Part shown: piece after piece, positions 27,353-35,050 of the stretch | Layout: each line of letters begins with the position of its first letter | Numbering within the stretch: position 1 is the stretch's first letter | DNA from: a virus | Taxonomy: Duplodnaviria > Caudoviricetes | Length of the DNA: 42,652 bases | Strand: one strand, 5' to 3' | IMG/VR virus record: IMGVR_UViG_3300047440_000108 | Span: 1-42,652 of that record | The notes under the pieces: generated by a model | What the model was told of the DNA's origin: nothing | Database searches by the model: none | What the model saw: the letters and a program-made list of their open reading frames with translations, nothing else | Translations under genes and position numbers: made by a program

Positions 27353-27716
27353 TGTGCTCACGTTGGTAGCGTCGTTCACTCTACTGGGCTACGCGCTCTA
27401 TGCCAGCGAGAAGCTGGTGGTCAAGCGCAAGCCACTTGAGACTGTCGCGCTGTGGGGGCTGTGCGCCACGGTGGGGGCCGTCGGCGCCTCGCCCTGGGCG
27501 AAGTGGCTCCCTGAAACCTCCTGGCCCGCCGACATGCTGGTCATCATGCTGGCCGTCATCGCCACGATCTGGCGCAGAGAAGCGGCCACCTTCGTGCGCT
27601 GCAAGTTCGGTGGCACTGACCCCCAGCACCCCGTGCGGCGGACCAGCGACTTCCGTGCGTTGAGCAACAGCGAACTCCCCCGTGTCAACGGCGGCAAAGC
27701 TGGAGGCGAGTGGTGA
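27345..27716 (+). CDS. Membrane protein (holin-associated)
   Basis: GAGGAGG SD; three TM segments; basic C-terminal tail with RRTSD. Confidence 0.65.
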   Translation: MLDVLTLVASFTLLGYALYASEKLVVKRKPLETVALWGLCATVGAVGASPWAKWLPETSWPADMLVIMLAVIATIWRREAATFVRCKFGGTDPQHPVRRTSDFRALSNSELPRVNGGKAGGEW

Positions 27717-28198
27717 TTGTCACCCTGCTTCTGCGATACTGGTGGGCCGTCGTCATCGCGATGTTGGTGGCCATGCTGGGTGTGCAGCAGGTGCGCCTGT
27801 CGAACGCTCGCAGCGAGTTCAATTCTTACCGACTGGAGATGGCAGATGCACAGCGCAAGCAGGCCGAGATGGCTCGGCAAGAGGACGCCCGGCGTCAGCA
27901 GGCTGTCGATGCCGAAGCCGAGCGCGCACGCATCGAGAACGCCGCTCTACAGGCGGATCTGGCTCGGGCTGATGGTGCTCGTGACGGGCTGCAACGCGAC
28001 CTTGCCGCCTTCAAGTCCCGAGCCGCGCGTGCCTGCCCTGCCAACGGAGGCAAGGCCCAGCCTGGTGTCCGTGCCCTCGATCTGCTTGCCGAGCTGTACG
28101 GTCGGGCAGACCAAGAGGCGGGAGAACTCGCGCAGTACGCTGACAAACTTCGATCCGCCGGCGGCGGCTGCGAGCGCTCCTACAACGCGCTGAGGTAA
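27710..28198 (+). CDS. Inner-membrane spanin (Rz-like, DUF2514-type)
   Basis: N-terminal TM, coiled coil, LAQYAD...GCERSYNAL. Confidence 0.85.
   Translation: MVIVTLLLRYWWAVVIAMLVAMLGVQQVRLSNARSEFNSYRLEMADAQRKQAEMARQEDARRQQAVDAEAERARIENAALQADLARADGARDGLQRDLAAFKSRAARACPANGGKAQPGVRALDLLAELYGRADQEAGELAQYADKLRSAGGGCERSYNALR
27909..28193 (+). CDS. Embedded outer-membrane spanin lipoprotein (Rz1-like)
   Basis: Alternate frame inside the i-spanin: RRIWLGLMVLVTGC lipobox, then Pro-rich region with CLPSC. Confidence 0.75.
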   Translation: MPKPSAHASRTPLYRRIWLGLMVLVTGCNATLPPSSPEPRVPALPTEARPSLVSVPSICLPSCTVGQTKRRENSRSTLTNFDPPAAAASAPTTR

Positions 28199-28202
28199 CC
28201 CC

Positions 28203-29039
28203 ATGTTGCGCACCGTCTACAAGATCGCGAACGGACAGACGACCACGGAGCTGATGTCGCCCGAGTACGACGGCGCTGTGGTGCTCGTGTTCTTCTACAA
28301 CGGCACGACCCAGGTGACACCGACCGGCACGCCGACCGTGTCGCGCCAGGTGGGCACGCGCTACGTCGCGGTGGCCCAGTACGGCCAGGACGAGTGGCGC
28401 TTCAACGGCCCGGCCGACAAGGTGCAGATCAGCGTGTCCGGTGTGTCGGGCTACACCAGCTACGAAGCCTTCGTGTGGCGGGCGTCGCACTCGGTGAACA
28501 TGGAACCGCCGGGGTTGTTCTCGGGCACGCGCGCCATGACCACGCAGAACTACGTGGAAGCCAACGTCAAGAGCGGTGTGCAGTACGAGCTGAGCGCGCA
28601 GACTGCAGCGCTGGCCGCCGCCGCAAATCAGGATTTCATCATCGTCACCGGCGCCAAGCCCGTCATCATCAAAGCGCGGGAAGTGCAGTTCACCGGCGCG
28701 AAAATCGAGTTGCATGGGTACGTCAACCCGGTTTACACGGGCGGCGTCAACATCCCGTATTACAACTTGAACACGCGCAACCCGGTGACGGGCACAGCGC
28801 AGTTCAAAGGCGGCGTGACGGTCTCAAGCGTGGGCACTGAAATCATGGCGCCCACCTACGGGCTCGGCAGCACGACGGCCGGCCCCAGCATGGTCGGTTC
28901 AGTTCGCGTCGCGGGTTCTGAACGCCTGCTTGCTGCCAACTCGACGTTCCTCTTCAGAACCACGAACACCGACAGCGCGGCGCAAGCCGTCGTCGTGTAC
29001 GCCACCTGGTTCGAAGGCGACACCGACCTTCCTCTCTAA
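28203..29039 (+). CDS. Putative virion structural protein
   Basis: Beta-rich, strong codon bias; GTRAMTTQNYVEANVK segment recalled from other phage virion proteins. Confidence 0.65.
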   Translation: MLRTVYKIANGQTTTELMSPEYDGAVVLVFFYNGTTQVTPTGTPTVSRQVGTRYVAVAQYGQDEWRFNGPADKVQISVSGVSGYTSYEAFVWRASHSVNMEPPGLFSGTRAMTTQNYVEANVKSGVQYELSAQTAALAAAANQDFIIVTGAKPVIIKAREVQFTGAKIELHGYVNPVYTGGVNIPYYNLNTRNPVTGTAQFKGGVTVSSVGTEIMAPTYGLGSTTAGPSMVGSVRVAGSERLLAANSTFLFRTTNTDSAAQAVVVYATWFEGDTDLPL

Positions 29040-29047
29040 AGGACCCT

Positions 29048-29854
29048 ATGCAAACCGTTCCCCGTACCCTACTCGCCGACACCACCGGTGACATCGCCGC
29101 TGCCGTCACAGCCGCCTTCCGCGGCCACATCTCCGGCCTGACGCTCTCGGCAGCGGGTGGCACCAACACCTGGGGCATCGCGGCGGGCGCGGCCGTCAAC
29201 AGCACCGCGACTGATGCGCTGTCGCTGCCCAGCGCGCTCTCCAAGAACGGCGGCGTGGCTTGGGGCGTCGGCACCGCCAACGGGTCACTTGACACCGGCG
29301 CGCTGGCAGCCAACACCTGGTATCACGCCTTCGTCATCAAGCGCCTGGACACCGGTGTGGTCGACGCGCTGATCTCGCTATCGGCTACGGCGCCGACGCT
29401 ACCGACCGGCTACACCGTGTTCCGCCGCGTCGGCTCGATGCGAACCAACGGCTCGGCGCAGTGGTACAAGTTCGTACAGATCGGCGACACGTTCATGCTG
29501 GACAGCCCGGTGCTCGACGCCAGCGCCGTGAACGCGGGCGCGGGCCTGACGGTGACCCTGACCGTCCCGAACGGCGTGCCCGTGGAGGCCGTCTTCCACA
29601 TGGCGCTGAACTCGACGGTGGTCGGGGCTTTCCTTACCGTTCATTCACCGCTCGTGGCTGCGCAGACCGTCGGCGTGCCGACCACCAACTACCAGATCGT
29701 CAACCCGCTCGCGGGGCAGACCGATCCGTCGTCGATCATGCGGCTGCCGACGATCACCGGGGCGCTGCGCCTGGTCAGCGGCACGCCCGGTGGCGGCACG
29801 CAGCAGGCGTACCTCGTCACCCACGGCTGGATCGACACCCGCGGCAAAGACTAA
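29048..29854 (+). CDS. Tail-fiber-like protein (second receptor-binding candidate)
   Basis: ISGLTLS...GSLDTGALAANTWYH...SATAPTLPTGYT..RRVGS pattern of phage fiber domains. Confidence 0.7.
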   Translation: MQTVPRTLLADTTGDIAAAVTAAFRGHISGLTLSAAGGTNTWGIAAGAAVNSTATDALSLPSALSKNGGVAWGVGTANGSLDTGALAANTWYHAFVIKRLDTGVVDALISLSATAPTLPTGYTVFRRVGSMRTNGSAQWYKFVQIGDTFMLDSPVLDASAVNAGAGLTVTLTVPNGVPVEAVFHMALNSTVVGAFLTVHSPLVAAQTVGVPTTNYQIVNPLAGQTDPSSIMRLPTITGALRLVSGTPGGGTQQAYLVTHGWIDTRGKD

Positions 29855-30963
29855 CCCAGCATCTTCTCGGCCACCAACCCAGCGGCATTGGTGGCGGTGT
29901 CCTCCATCAGCCAGGCGTAGACCTTGGTGGTCTGCGCGCTGGTGTGGCCGAGCATCTGCATCACCTGCTCGAGCGACAGCTGGCCGGTGGAGAGCGCCAC
30001 GCTGGCGAAGGTCCGTCTGAGATCGTGCATGGTCAGGTCGGGCAGGTTCTCTTCCTCACACACCCGGGCCCAGAACTTCTTCGGTGACAGCAGCCCGGTC
30101 AGCGTGCCTGACGTGACCGGCAGGTACTTGTCGATCACCTCGCGCGCTGCCGGCGGCAGGTAGATGATCCGCGCGTAGCCACCGTCATCGGTCTTGTGCT
30201 CGTCCAGCAGGATGCGGTTGCCATGTAAGTTGTTCCACTTTGCTGCGGCGATCTCCCCCTTGCGCGCACCGGTGAACAGCAACAGCCACACGAAGGTGGC
30301 GCTGGCCACGCTCGGCCCATCCAGCTCCTTGCGCAGCCGCGCCACGATGCGCGCCACTTCCTCGCGGCTGGCCTTGCGCCGGCGCTTGGTCTCCTTGTTG
30401 CGCTCGACCCCCTTGCACGGGTTGTCGGCCACGGCTGTCCACTTCAGCGGACGGTGGGCGAAGTTGAACATGGTCGAGGCGAGCGCCAGCGCGCGGTTGG
30501 CGGCGATGGGGCCGTCCTCGCTGATGGCTTCGTGCAGATCGCCCATCACCTCGTAGGTCACCTCGGACAGCCGCAGCTTGCCGATCGCTGGGGCCAGGTG
30601 GTTGGTCCAGTTCCGCTGGTCGCTGTCCGAGGATTTCTTCTTGCTGGCGCGGCGCTTCCAGAACTCGGCCCACAGCTCGGCCACGGTCGGCTCGTTTCGG
30701 GCGTCAGACCGCACCAACTGGGGGTCCTTGCCGGCGGCCACGTCCTGCAGCATGGCCTTGGCCACGGTGCGCGCCTGGGTCAGCGTGAGCTGGCCGTAGT
30801 TGCCGATCTTGGGCCGGCGCTGCTTGCCGCCCTTGGTCCTGAAGAACAGGTAGAACACCTTCTTGGTGGGGAAGCAGCGCAGGTGCAGCCCGTGGATCTC
30901 GGCGTCCCGCAGGATGTCGCCGTTGACGGCCGACTTGATGTTGGCTTCTTTGAGTTCAGCCAC
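29851..30963 (-). CDS. int: Tyrosine integrase with N-terminal arm-binding domain
   Basis: FTGARKGEI, HDLRRT, LGH...Y; N-terminal GLHLRC...KIGNYGQLTLTQAR; GGAGGA SD before GTG 30963. Confidence 0.95.
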   Translation of the reverse strand: MAELKEANIKSAVNGDILRDAEIHGLHLRCFPTKKVFYLFFRTKGGKQRRPKIGNYGQLTLTQARTVAKAMLQDVAAGKDPQLVRSDARNEPTVAELWAEFWKRRASKKKSSDSDQRNWTNHLAPAIGKLRLSEVTYEVMGDLHEAISEDGPIAANRALALASTMFNFAHRPLKWTAVADNPCKGVERNKETKRRRKASREEVARIVARLRKELDGPSVASATFVWLLLFTGARKGEIAAAKWNNLHGNRILLDEHKTDDGGYARIIYLPPAAREVIDKYLPVTSGTLTGLLSPKKFWARVCEEENLPDLTMHDLRRTFASVALSTGQLSLEQVMQMLGHTSAQTTKVYAWLMEDTATNAAGLVAEKMLG

Positions 30964-31252
30964 GGCGCTGTTCCTCCGTGAGGCCCGCCCACCAGCGGCG
31001 AAACTCAACCGGGTCGTACCAGTGGTTTGCGTGGACCCTGTTACCACTAGAGTGGTTCAGCTTCGCAGTCGGCCCTTTGTAGTGCATGAGCTTGGCGCTC
31101 ATGACCCTGGGGGGTACACCTAACTCTTCGCACATCTCTCTGAACGATCGACACGGCGGCCGAGCCACCTTGCGCGGACCGGGCTTGAACCCGTAGGTGG
31201 CCTTCGTAACGAGCGCTGGTCGCGCATTGGACGCACTCGAACTTGATTTCAC
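30956..31252 (-). CDS. Excisionase-like HTH protein
   Basis: SFREMCEELGV...WYDPVEFRRWW; overlaps the int start. Confidence 0.55.
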   Translation of the reverse strand: MKSSSSASNARPALVTKATYGFKPGPRKVARPPCRSFREMCEELGVPPRVMSAKLMHYKGPTAKLNHSSGNRVHANHWYDPVEFRRWWAGLTEEQRRG

Positions 31253-31424
31253 GTGATGCCCCTTGTCTATAAGTTACTGAAAACGTTACAGACGTGATGC
31301 TACATGAACCCCCGTGATCTTGTCAAATAAGACTTTTAAACAGGAGGGCTATCGCCGGGAAGCCCAGTGTTTACAAGGGTTTAAGCCGAGTACGGAGATT
31401 CACTGGTCGCACATTGGACGCAGC
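31215..31424. mobile_element. Putative attP: arm-like direct repeats (31216-31235, 31403-31422) flanking core GACTTTTAA (31331-31339)
   Basis: CTGGTCGC(G/A)CATTGGACGCA twice (19/20 identical); core equals a tRNA-Lys(UUU) anticodon loop; AT-rich; adjacent to int. Confidence 0.65.
31273..31326 (-). promoter_or_regulatory. xis/int promoter with downstream operator-like site (31273-31289)
   Basis: TTGACA-18 nt-TAGCAT; GTTACTGAAAACGTTAC. Confidence 0.65.
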
Positions 31425-31425
31425 C

Positions 31426-31500
31426 GGACCCCTAGCTCAATGGTAGAGCACAGCCCTTTTAAGGCCGAGGTTCAGGGTTCGAGTCCCTGGGGGTTCACCA
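31426..31500 (+). tRNA. tRNA-Lys(UUU)
   Basis: Cloverleaf: GGACCCC/GGGGTTC acceptor, GCTC/GAGC D-arm, CAGCC-CTTTTAA-GGCCG anticodon arm (one A:C mismatch), CAGGG-TTCGAGT-CCCTG T-arm, encoded CCA. Confidence 0.93.
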
Positions 31501-31501
31501 C

Positions 31502-32272
31502 TCACGACATCAGCCACGCCAGCTCGATTCGTTCCTTGGCGACTGCGAAGTAGCCGGCGTCCTGCTCCATGCCGATGAACTTGCGGCCGGTGCTGGCGCA
31601 TGCCACCCCGGTGGTGCCGCTGCCCATCGTGTTGTCGAGCACCGTGTCGCCTTCGCCGGTGTAGGTCCGTACCAGGTATTCCATGAGCGCCACTGGCTTC
31701 TGCGTAGGGTGCAGAACTTCACTGTTCGGGTTGGGGAAGTCGAGCACCTGGCGCGGGTATCCGGTCTTCTCTATCACCCGACTTAGCTGGTGGGACGCCC
31801 GCGCAGGGTTCACGCCCTTGTCGCCGGTCAGGTATCTCTGGGGTCTGCTCCACGCGGTGTTGCAGTCTTCCAGCCCTTGAGGAAAGTAAGGCATGTTCTT
31901 CTGCGAGCCGTTCGCGGTGGCCCCGCTGCTGAACACAGTGATCGTTTCAACGTCTTTAAGAGGCTTCAGCTTCGCGTTGGTGAAGCCCGCCGGCCGTGAC
32001 TTTCTCCAGTACCAATCGTACTTGTACCAAGCCAAATTGGAGAGCCGCAGATTGGACGCGAACGGCTCGTCCCCGAACAGGACGACCGCGCCGTTCGGTT
32101 TGACGACACGTTTGTACTGCGCCCACAAAGCGTCAAACGGGATGACGGAATCCCACTTACACGCGGTTGTGCCATATGGTAGATCGCACAGCACCAGATC
32201 GACGCTGGCAGCCGGTAGGTCGCGCATCAACCTAAGGCAGTCGCCTTGGTAAAGCTGCAGGTCATCGGTCAT
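31502..32272 (-). CDS. Orphan N4/N6 DNA methyltransferase (beta class)
   Basis: DLPY, HPTQKP, VLDNTMGSGTTG. Confidence 0.93.
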   Translation of the reverse strand: MTDDLQLYQGDCLRLMRDLPAASVDLVLCDLPYGTTACKWDSVIPFDALWAQYKRVVKPNGAVVLFGDEPFASNLRLSNLAWYKYDWYWRKSRPAGFTNAKLKPLKDVETITVFSSGATANGSQKNMPYFPQGLEDCNTAWSRPQRYLTGDKGVNPARASHQLSRVIEKTGYPRQVLDFPNPNSEVLHPTQKPVALMEYLVRTYTGEGDTVLDNTMGSGTTGVACASTGRKFIGMEQDAGYFAVAKERIELAWLMS

Positions 32273-32456
32273 ACGTTCCTTGTGTCGTATTCGTTCTCAA
32301 ACACCGATCCTCAAACGCCTCGATCTCGCGCTCGGGGTACAGTACCCGCCGGCCGAACTTCATGAACCGCGGCCCCTCCCCGGCCACCCGCCAGTTGGCG
32401 AGCGTTCCGGTGGAGACGCGCAGGCGATCGGCGGCTTCTTTGGGCAGGAGGTTCAT
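32262..32456 (-). CDS. AlpA/Xis-like HTH protein
   Basis: LLPKEAADRLRVSTGTLANWR..GEGPRFMKFGRRVLY. Confidence 0.88.
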   Translation of the reverse strand: MNLLPKEAADRLRVSTGTLANWRVAGEGPRFMKFGRRVLYPEREIEAFEDRCLRTNTTQGTYDR

Positions 32457-32665
32457 TTCTCGAACTCGTCTCGTGCGTCGCTGTACCCAGCGTCATAGCC
32501 TTCATCGTAGGACTCCTGGCGTTCCTCGCGGACCCCGGCCGAGTCCTTGAACTCGTCCTGCCGCTTTCGCAGCCACGCGCCGAGCTGGGCTTCCTCGTTG
32601 CTGCCGTTCTCCCAGTGGTGGATCTGTTCCTCGAAGGTGAGGTTGGCGATGTATCGGATGGTCAT
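32453..32665 (-). CDS. Small acidic hypothetical protein
   Basis: ATGA couplings at both ends; YDEGYDAGY repeat. Confidence 0.7.
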   Translation of the reverse strand: MTIRYIANLTFEEQIHHWENGSNEEAQLGAWLRKRQDEFKDSAGVREERQESYDEGYDAGYSDARDEFEK

Positions 32666-34830
32666 GCATCCTCCCACTTTTCAGGGTGCCCAATGAAGTT
32701 GTCCCAGTCGGCGCGTAGCGTCTCCAGCGGCGGGAGGATGTAGAACCAGGGCTTGTGCCCGCTGCTGTCGCGCTGCTGCTTGCTGCCGACCGACGGTGCC
32801 ATGGCCTTAAGCAGCCGGCCGAAGGCCCGGTCATCTGGCAGCCGGGAGTGGATGTTGTGCTGCTTGACCCAGCGCAGGCAGGCATCGCGGAAGCGCTGCC
32901 GCAGCACGGTCTCGGGCCACTCACCGCCGAAGTCGCCGTGGGCGATCTGGCCTTCCAGCAGGCTGTCGTGCCACCACTTCTGCGCCGGCTCCAGGCTGGC
33001 CAGCTTCTGGTCGAGCAGGCCCTGCGTGGCCGGAGCGTCGTTCACATCGACCGTGGCGAGATCGAAATCGAGCAGGAAGCGCAGCAGGTGGGCGTTGCCG
33101 CCCTCCTCGTCCAGCCCGACGCGGAGCTCGTGGAAATACTTGCGGTCCTGACGGCGGCCGTCGCCGACGTTGAACACGGCGTAGCGGCGCTCGTCCTCGC
33201 TGGCCGGCACCACCCACGCCTCGTTGCCGATGATGGCGACGCGCGTCAGGTTGGCCACCTTGTAGGGCTCCTTGCCCTTGCGCTCGATGTTGTGGTCGCC
33301 GCCGGTGATGAGACCCTTCAACCGGCCCTCGGCCTTCTTGTCGCCGGCCCAACTCGCTTCGTCCAGCACCAGCAGCAGGCACGACTCCAGGTGGGCATTG
33401 AAGTTGCCGGTCAGATAGCGCTCGTCATCAGCGACGAAGAAGTGCGGCTTGAACAGCGCGCCGATGCGCTCGATCAGCGCGTTCTTGCCGGTGCCCTTCT
33501 TGCCCTTGAAGACCAGGGCTACCAGCGGCTTCTCCCACGGGCGCTGCACCAGGTGGGCGAAGAAGCCCATCAGCCAGCGCGCCAGCTTGGCGTCCCCGCC
33601 GCAGACGTTCTCGCGGCAGTGCTCGATGAAGCGCGCCACCATCGGGTGCTCGGCCGTGTCGGCCGGCTGAACCGAGAAGCCGCGCCACAGGTTGTACCAG
33701 CGGGGTCCGCGATCCTGCTCGGGGGCGAAGATCACCGCCTCGTACTCGCGGCGCTGCGCTGACTTCACCCACAGCCGCGACATCGGGATCTGCTTGTCGC
33801 CCACGCCCATGGTCTTGTTGTTGAACCAGCCGTGGAACTCGTCGGGCGAGAGGTGGTTGGTTGTGAATTCTTCGCGGTGGTCGGTGGTCTCGTGCAGGAT
33901 GAAGGCGCCCTTCTTGACGTAGGCGTATTCCCTGTTGAGCTTGTCTACCGGGTTCTCGTCTTCGTCATCGCCCGGCGGCGTGGCCGGCGCTGCGGCGAAC
34001 ACGGCTTCCGGCGCGGCGCTGCCCTGGGGCTCGCGACCATAGCGGTAGGCGTGGCTGACCTTGGTGGCCAGCTCGTCGTCATCCCACGGCGGATCACAGT
34101 CCTCGTTCCAATACTCCAACAGAAGCTGCAGTGCCTGGTCCTCGGTGCAGCCCAGATCCTTCAGCTTGGCGGCGGTGACGAAAGCGGTGATGTCGCCGCC
34201 ATCTCCCTCAGTCGAGCGGGCCGCCGTCTTCAGGAAAAGAACAGCCCGATCGTGTGCGCGATCAGCGTCCACACCAGCGAGCACCACGCCAGGGCTACGG
34301 TCCACATGCCGATCGACACCCAGTCGGGTGACCAGCCACGCGGGGGCTTCGGTGAGGGTGTCGTGTCCGTTGATCTGGGCGTACAGCTTGCCGTCGATCT
34401 CACTGCCGGGACCGACGATGTAGCCGCCCTTGCTTCTGATGTCGAGACCGGCGCCGAGCACGTTGACCCCCTGCTTGAGCGCTTGGTCGGCGGTGTAGAT
34501 GATGTGCCGGCCGCCGCTCGGGGTGGACTGTTCGTAGGAGACGGGAAGTTCACAACCTTGGAATTCGAGTTCGATGATTGATCCATCGCCGCTCTTCCCC
34601 TTCTTGTTATCTACATCTACCGCTAGGAGCGCCATGCTGTTCTGATAACGCGATGTGGAAATCCCAATGTTGTAGTCGCGCGAAGCCCACCAAGCTTTGA
34701 TCTGCGCAGGATCTCGTGTAGCTGCATTGGGCCAGTCGTTGATGGCAGGTGTTTTCGCTCCGGGTGCCACCGGAAAAATCCAGAAACCGCGGGCGGCCAG
34801 GGCAAGTGCGCTCTCAAGCCGATTGACCAT
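32662..34830 (-). CDS. Bifunctional primase-polymerase / helicase
   Basis: N-terminal Prim-Pol (IFPV, AVDVD, TPSGGRH, GLDIRSKGGYIV); primase C-terminal segment; P-loop GKKGTGKN, VLDEA, ERRY. Confidence 0.92.
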   Translation of the reverse strand: MVNRLESALALAARGFWIFPVAPGAKTPAINDWPNAATRDPAQIKAWWASRDYNIGISTSRYQNSMALLAVDVDNKKGKSGDGSIIELEFQGCELPVSYEQSTPSGGRHIIYTADQALKQGVNVLGAGLDIRSKGGYIVGPGSEIDGKLYAQINGHDTLTEAPAWLVTRLGVDRHVDRSPGVVLAGVDADRAHDRAVLFLKTAARSTEGDGGDITAFVTAAKLKDLGCTEDQALQLLLEYWNEDCDPPWDDDELATKVSHAYRYGREPQGSAAPEAVFAAAPATPPGDDEDENPVDKLNREYAYVKKGAFILHETTDHREEFTTNHLSPDEFHGWFNNKTMGVGDKQIPMSRLWVKSAQRREYEAVIFAPEQDRGPRWYNLWRGFSVQPADTAEHPMVARFIEHCRENVCGGDAKLARWLMGFFAHLVQRPWEKPLVALVFKGKKGTGKNALIERIGALFKPHFFVADDERYLTGNFNAHLESCLLLVLDEASWAGDKKAEGRLKGLITGGDHNIERKGKEPYKVANLTRVAIIGNEAWVVPASEDERRYAVFNVGDGRRQDRKYFHELRVGLDEEGGNAHLLRFLLDFDLATVDVNDAPATQGLLDQKLASLEPAQKWWHDSLLEGQIAHGDFGGEWPETVLRQRFRDACLRWVKQHNIHSRLPDDRAFGRLLKAMAPSVGSKQQRDSSGHKPWFYILPPLETLRADWDNFIGHPEKWEDA

Positions 34831-35038
34831 TGCGCCTCCCGTTGCGTTGCGCGGCGCTCACTGCGCGTTCGTGATCGTCACGGCAGGCGGCGCAACACCA
34901 GCGCACGCCATCGCCCACAGGCACCTCACAGAACAAGCACAAACCGGTGGCCGCTGGGCCTTCTTCTCTCCGTGCGCGCAGCTGAAGCTGCAGCGCGAGT
35001 TCAGCCTGGTGACTGGCGTCGTCGATGATGTCAGACAT
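34814..35038 (-). CDS. DksA/TraR-like C4 zinc-finger protein
   Basis: MSDIIDDAS...GLCLFC...WCCAACRDD. Confidence 0.8.
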   Translation of the reverse strand: MSDIIDDASHQAELALQLQLRARREEGPAATGLCLFCEVPVGDGVRWCCAACRDDHERAVSAAQRNGRRNGQSA

Positions 35039-35050
35039 TCTGGTCTCGGG

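Noticed and set aside
23844-29854. Diversity-generating retroelement, expected because of the BPP-1-like architecture
   Set aside because: No reverse transcriptase ORF and no TR/VR repeat pair differing at adenines was seen
31426-31500. Suppressor tRNA or alternative genetic code
   Set aside because: The 7-nt loop CTTTTAA centres on TTT (Lys), and all genes are intact under the standard code
31502-32272. Restriction-modification system
   Set aside because: No adjacent endonuclease; orphan methyltransferases are common in phages
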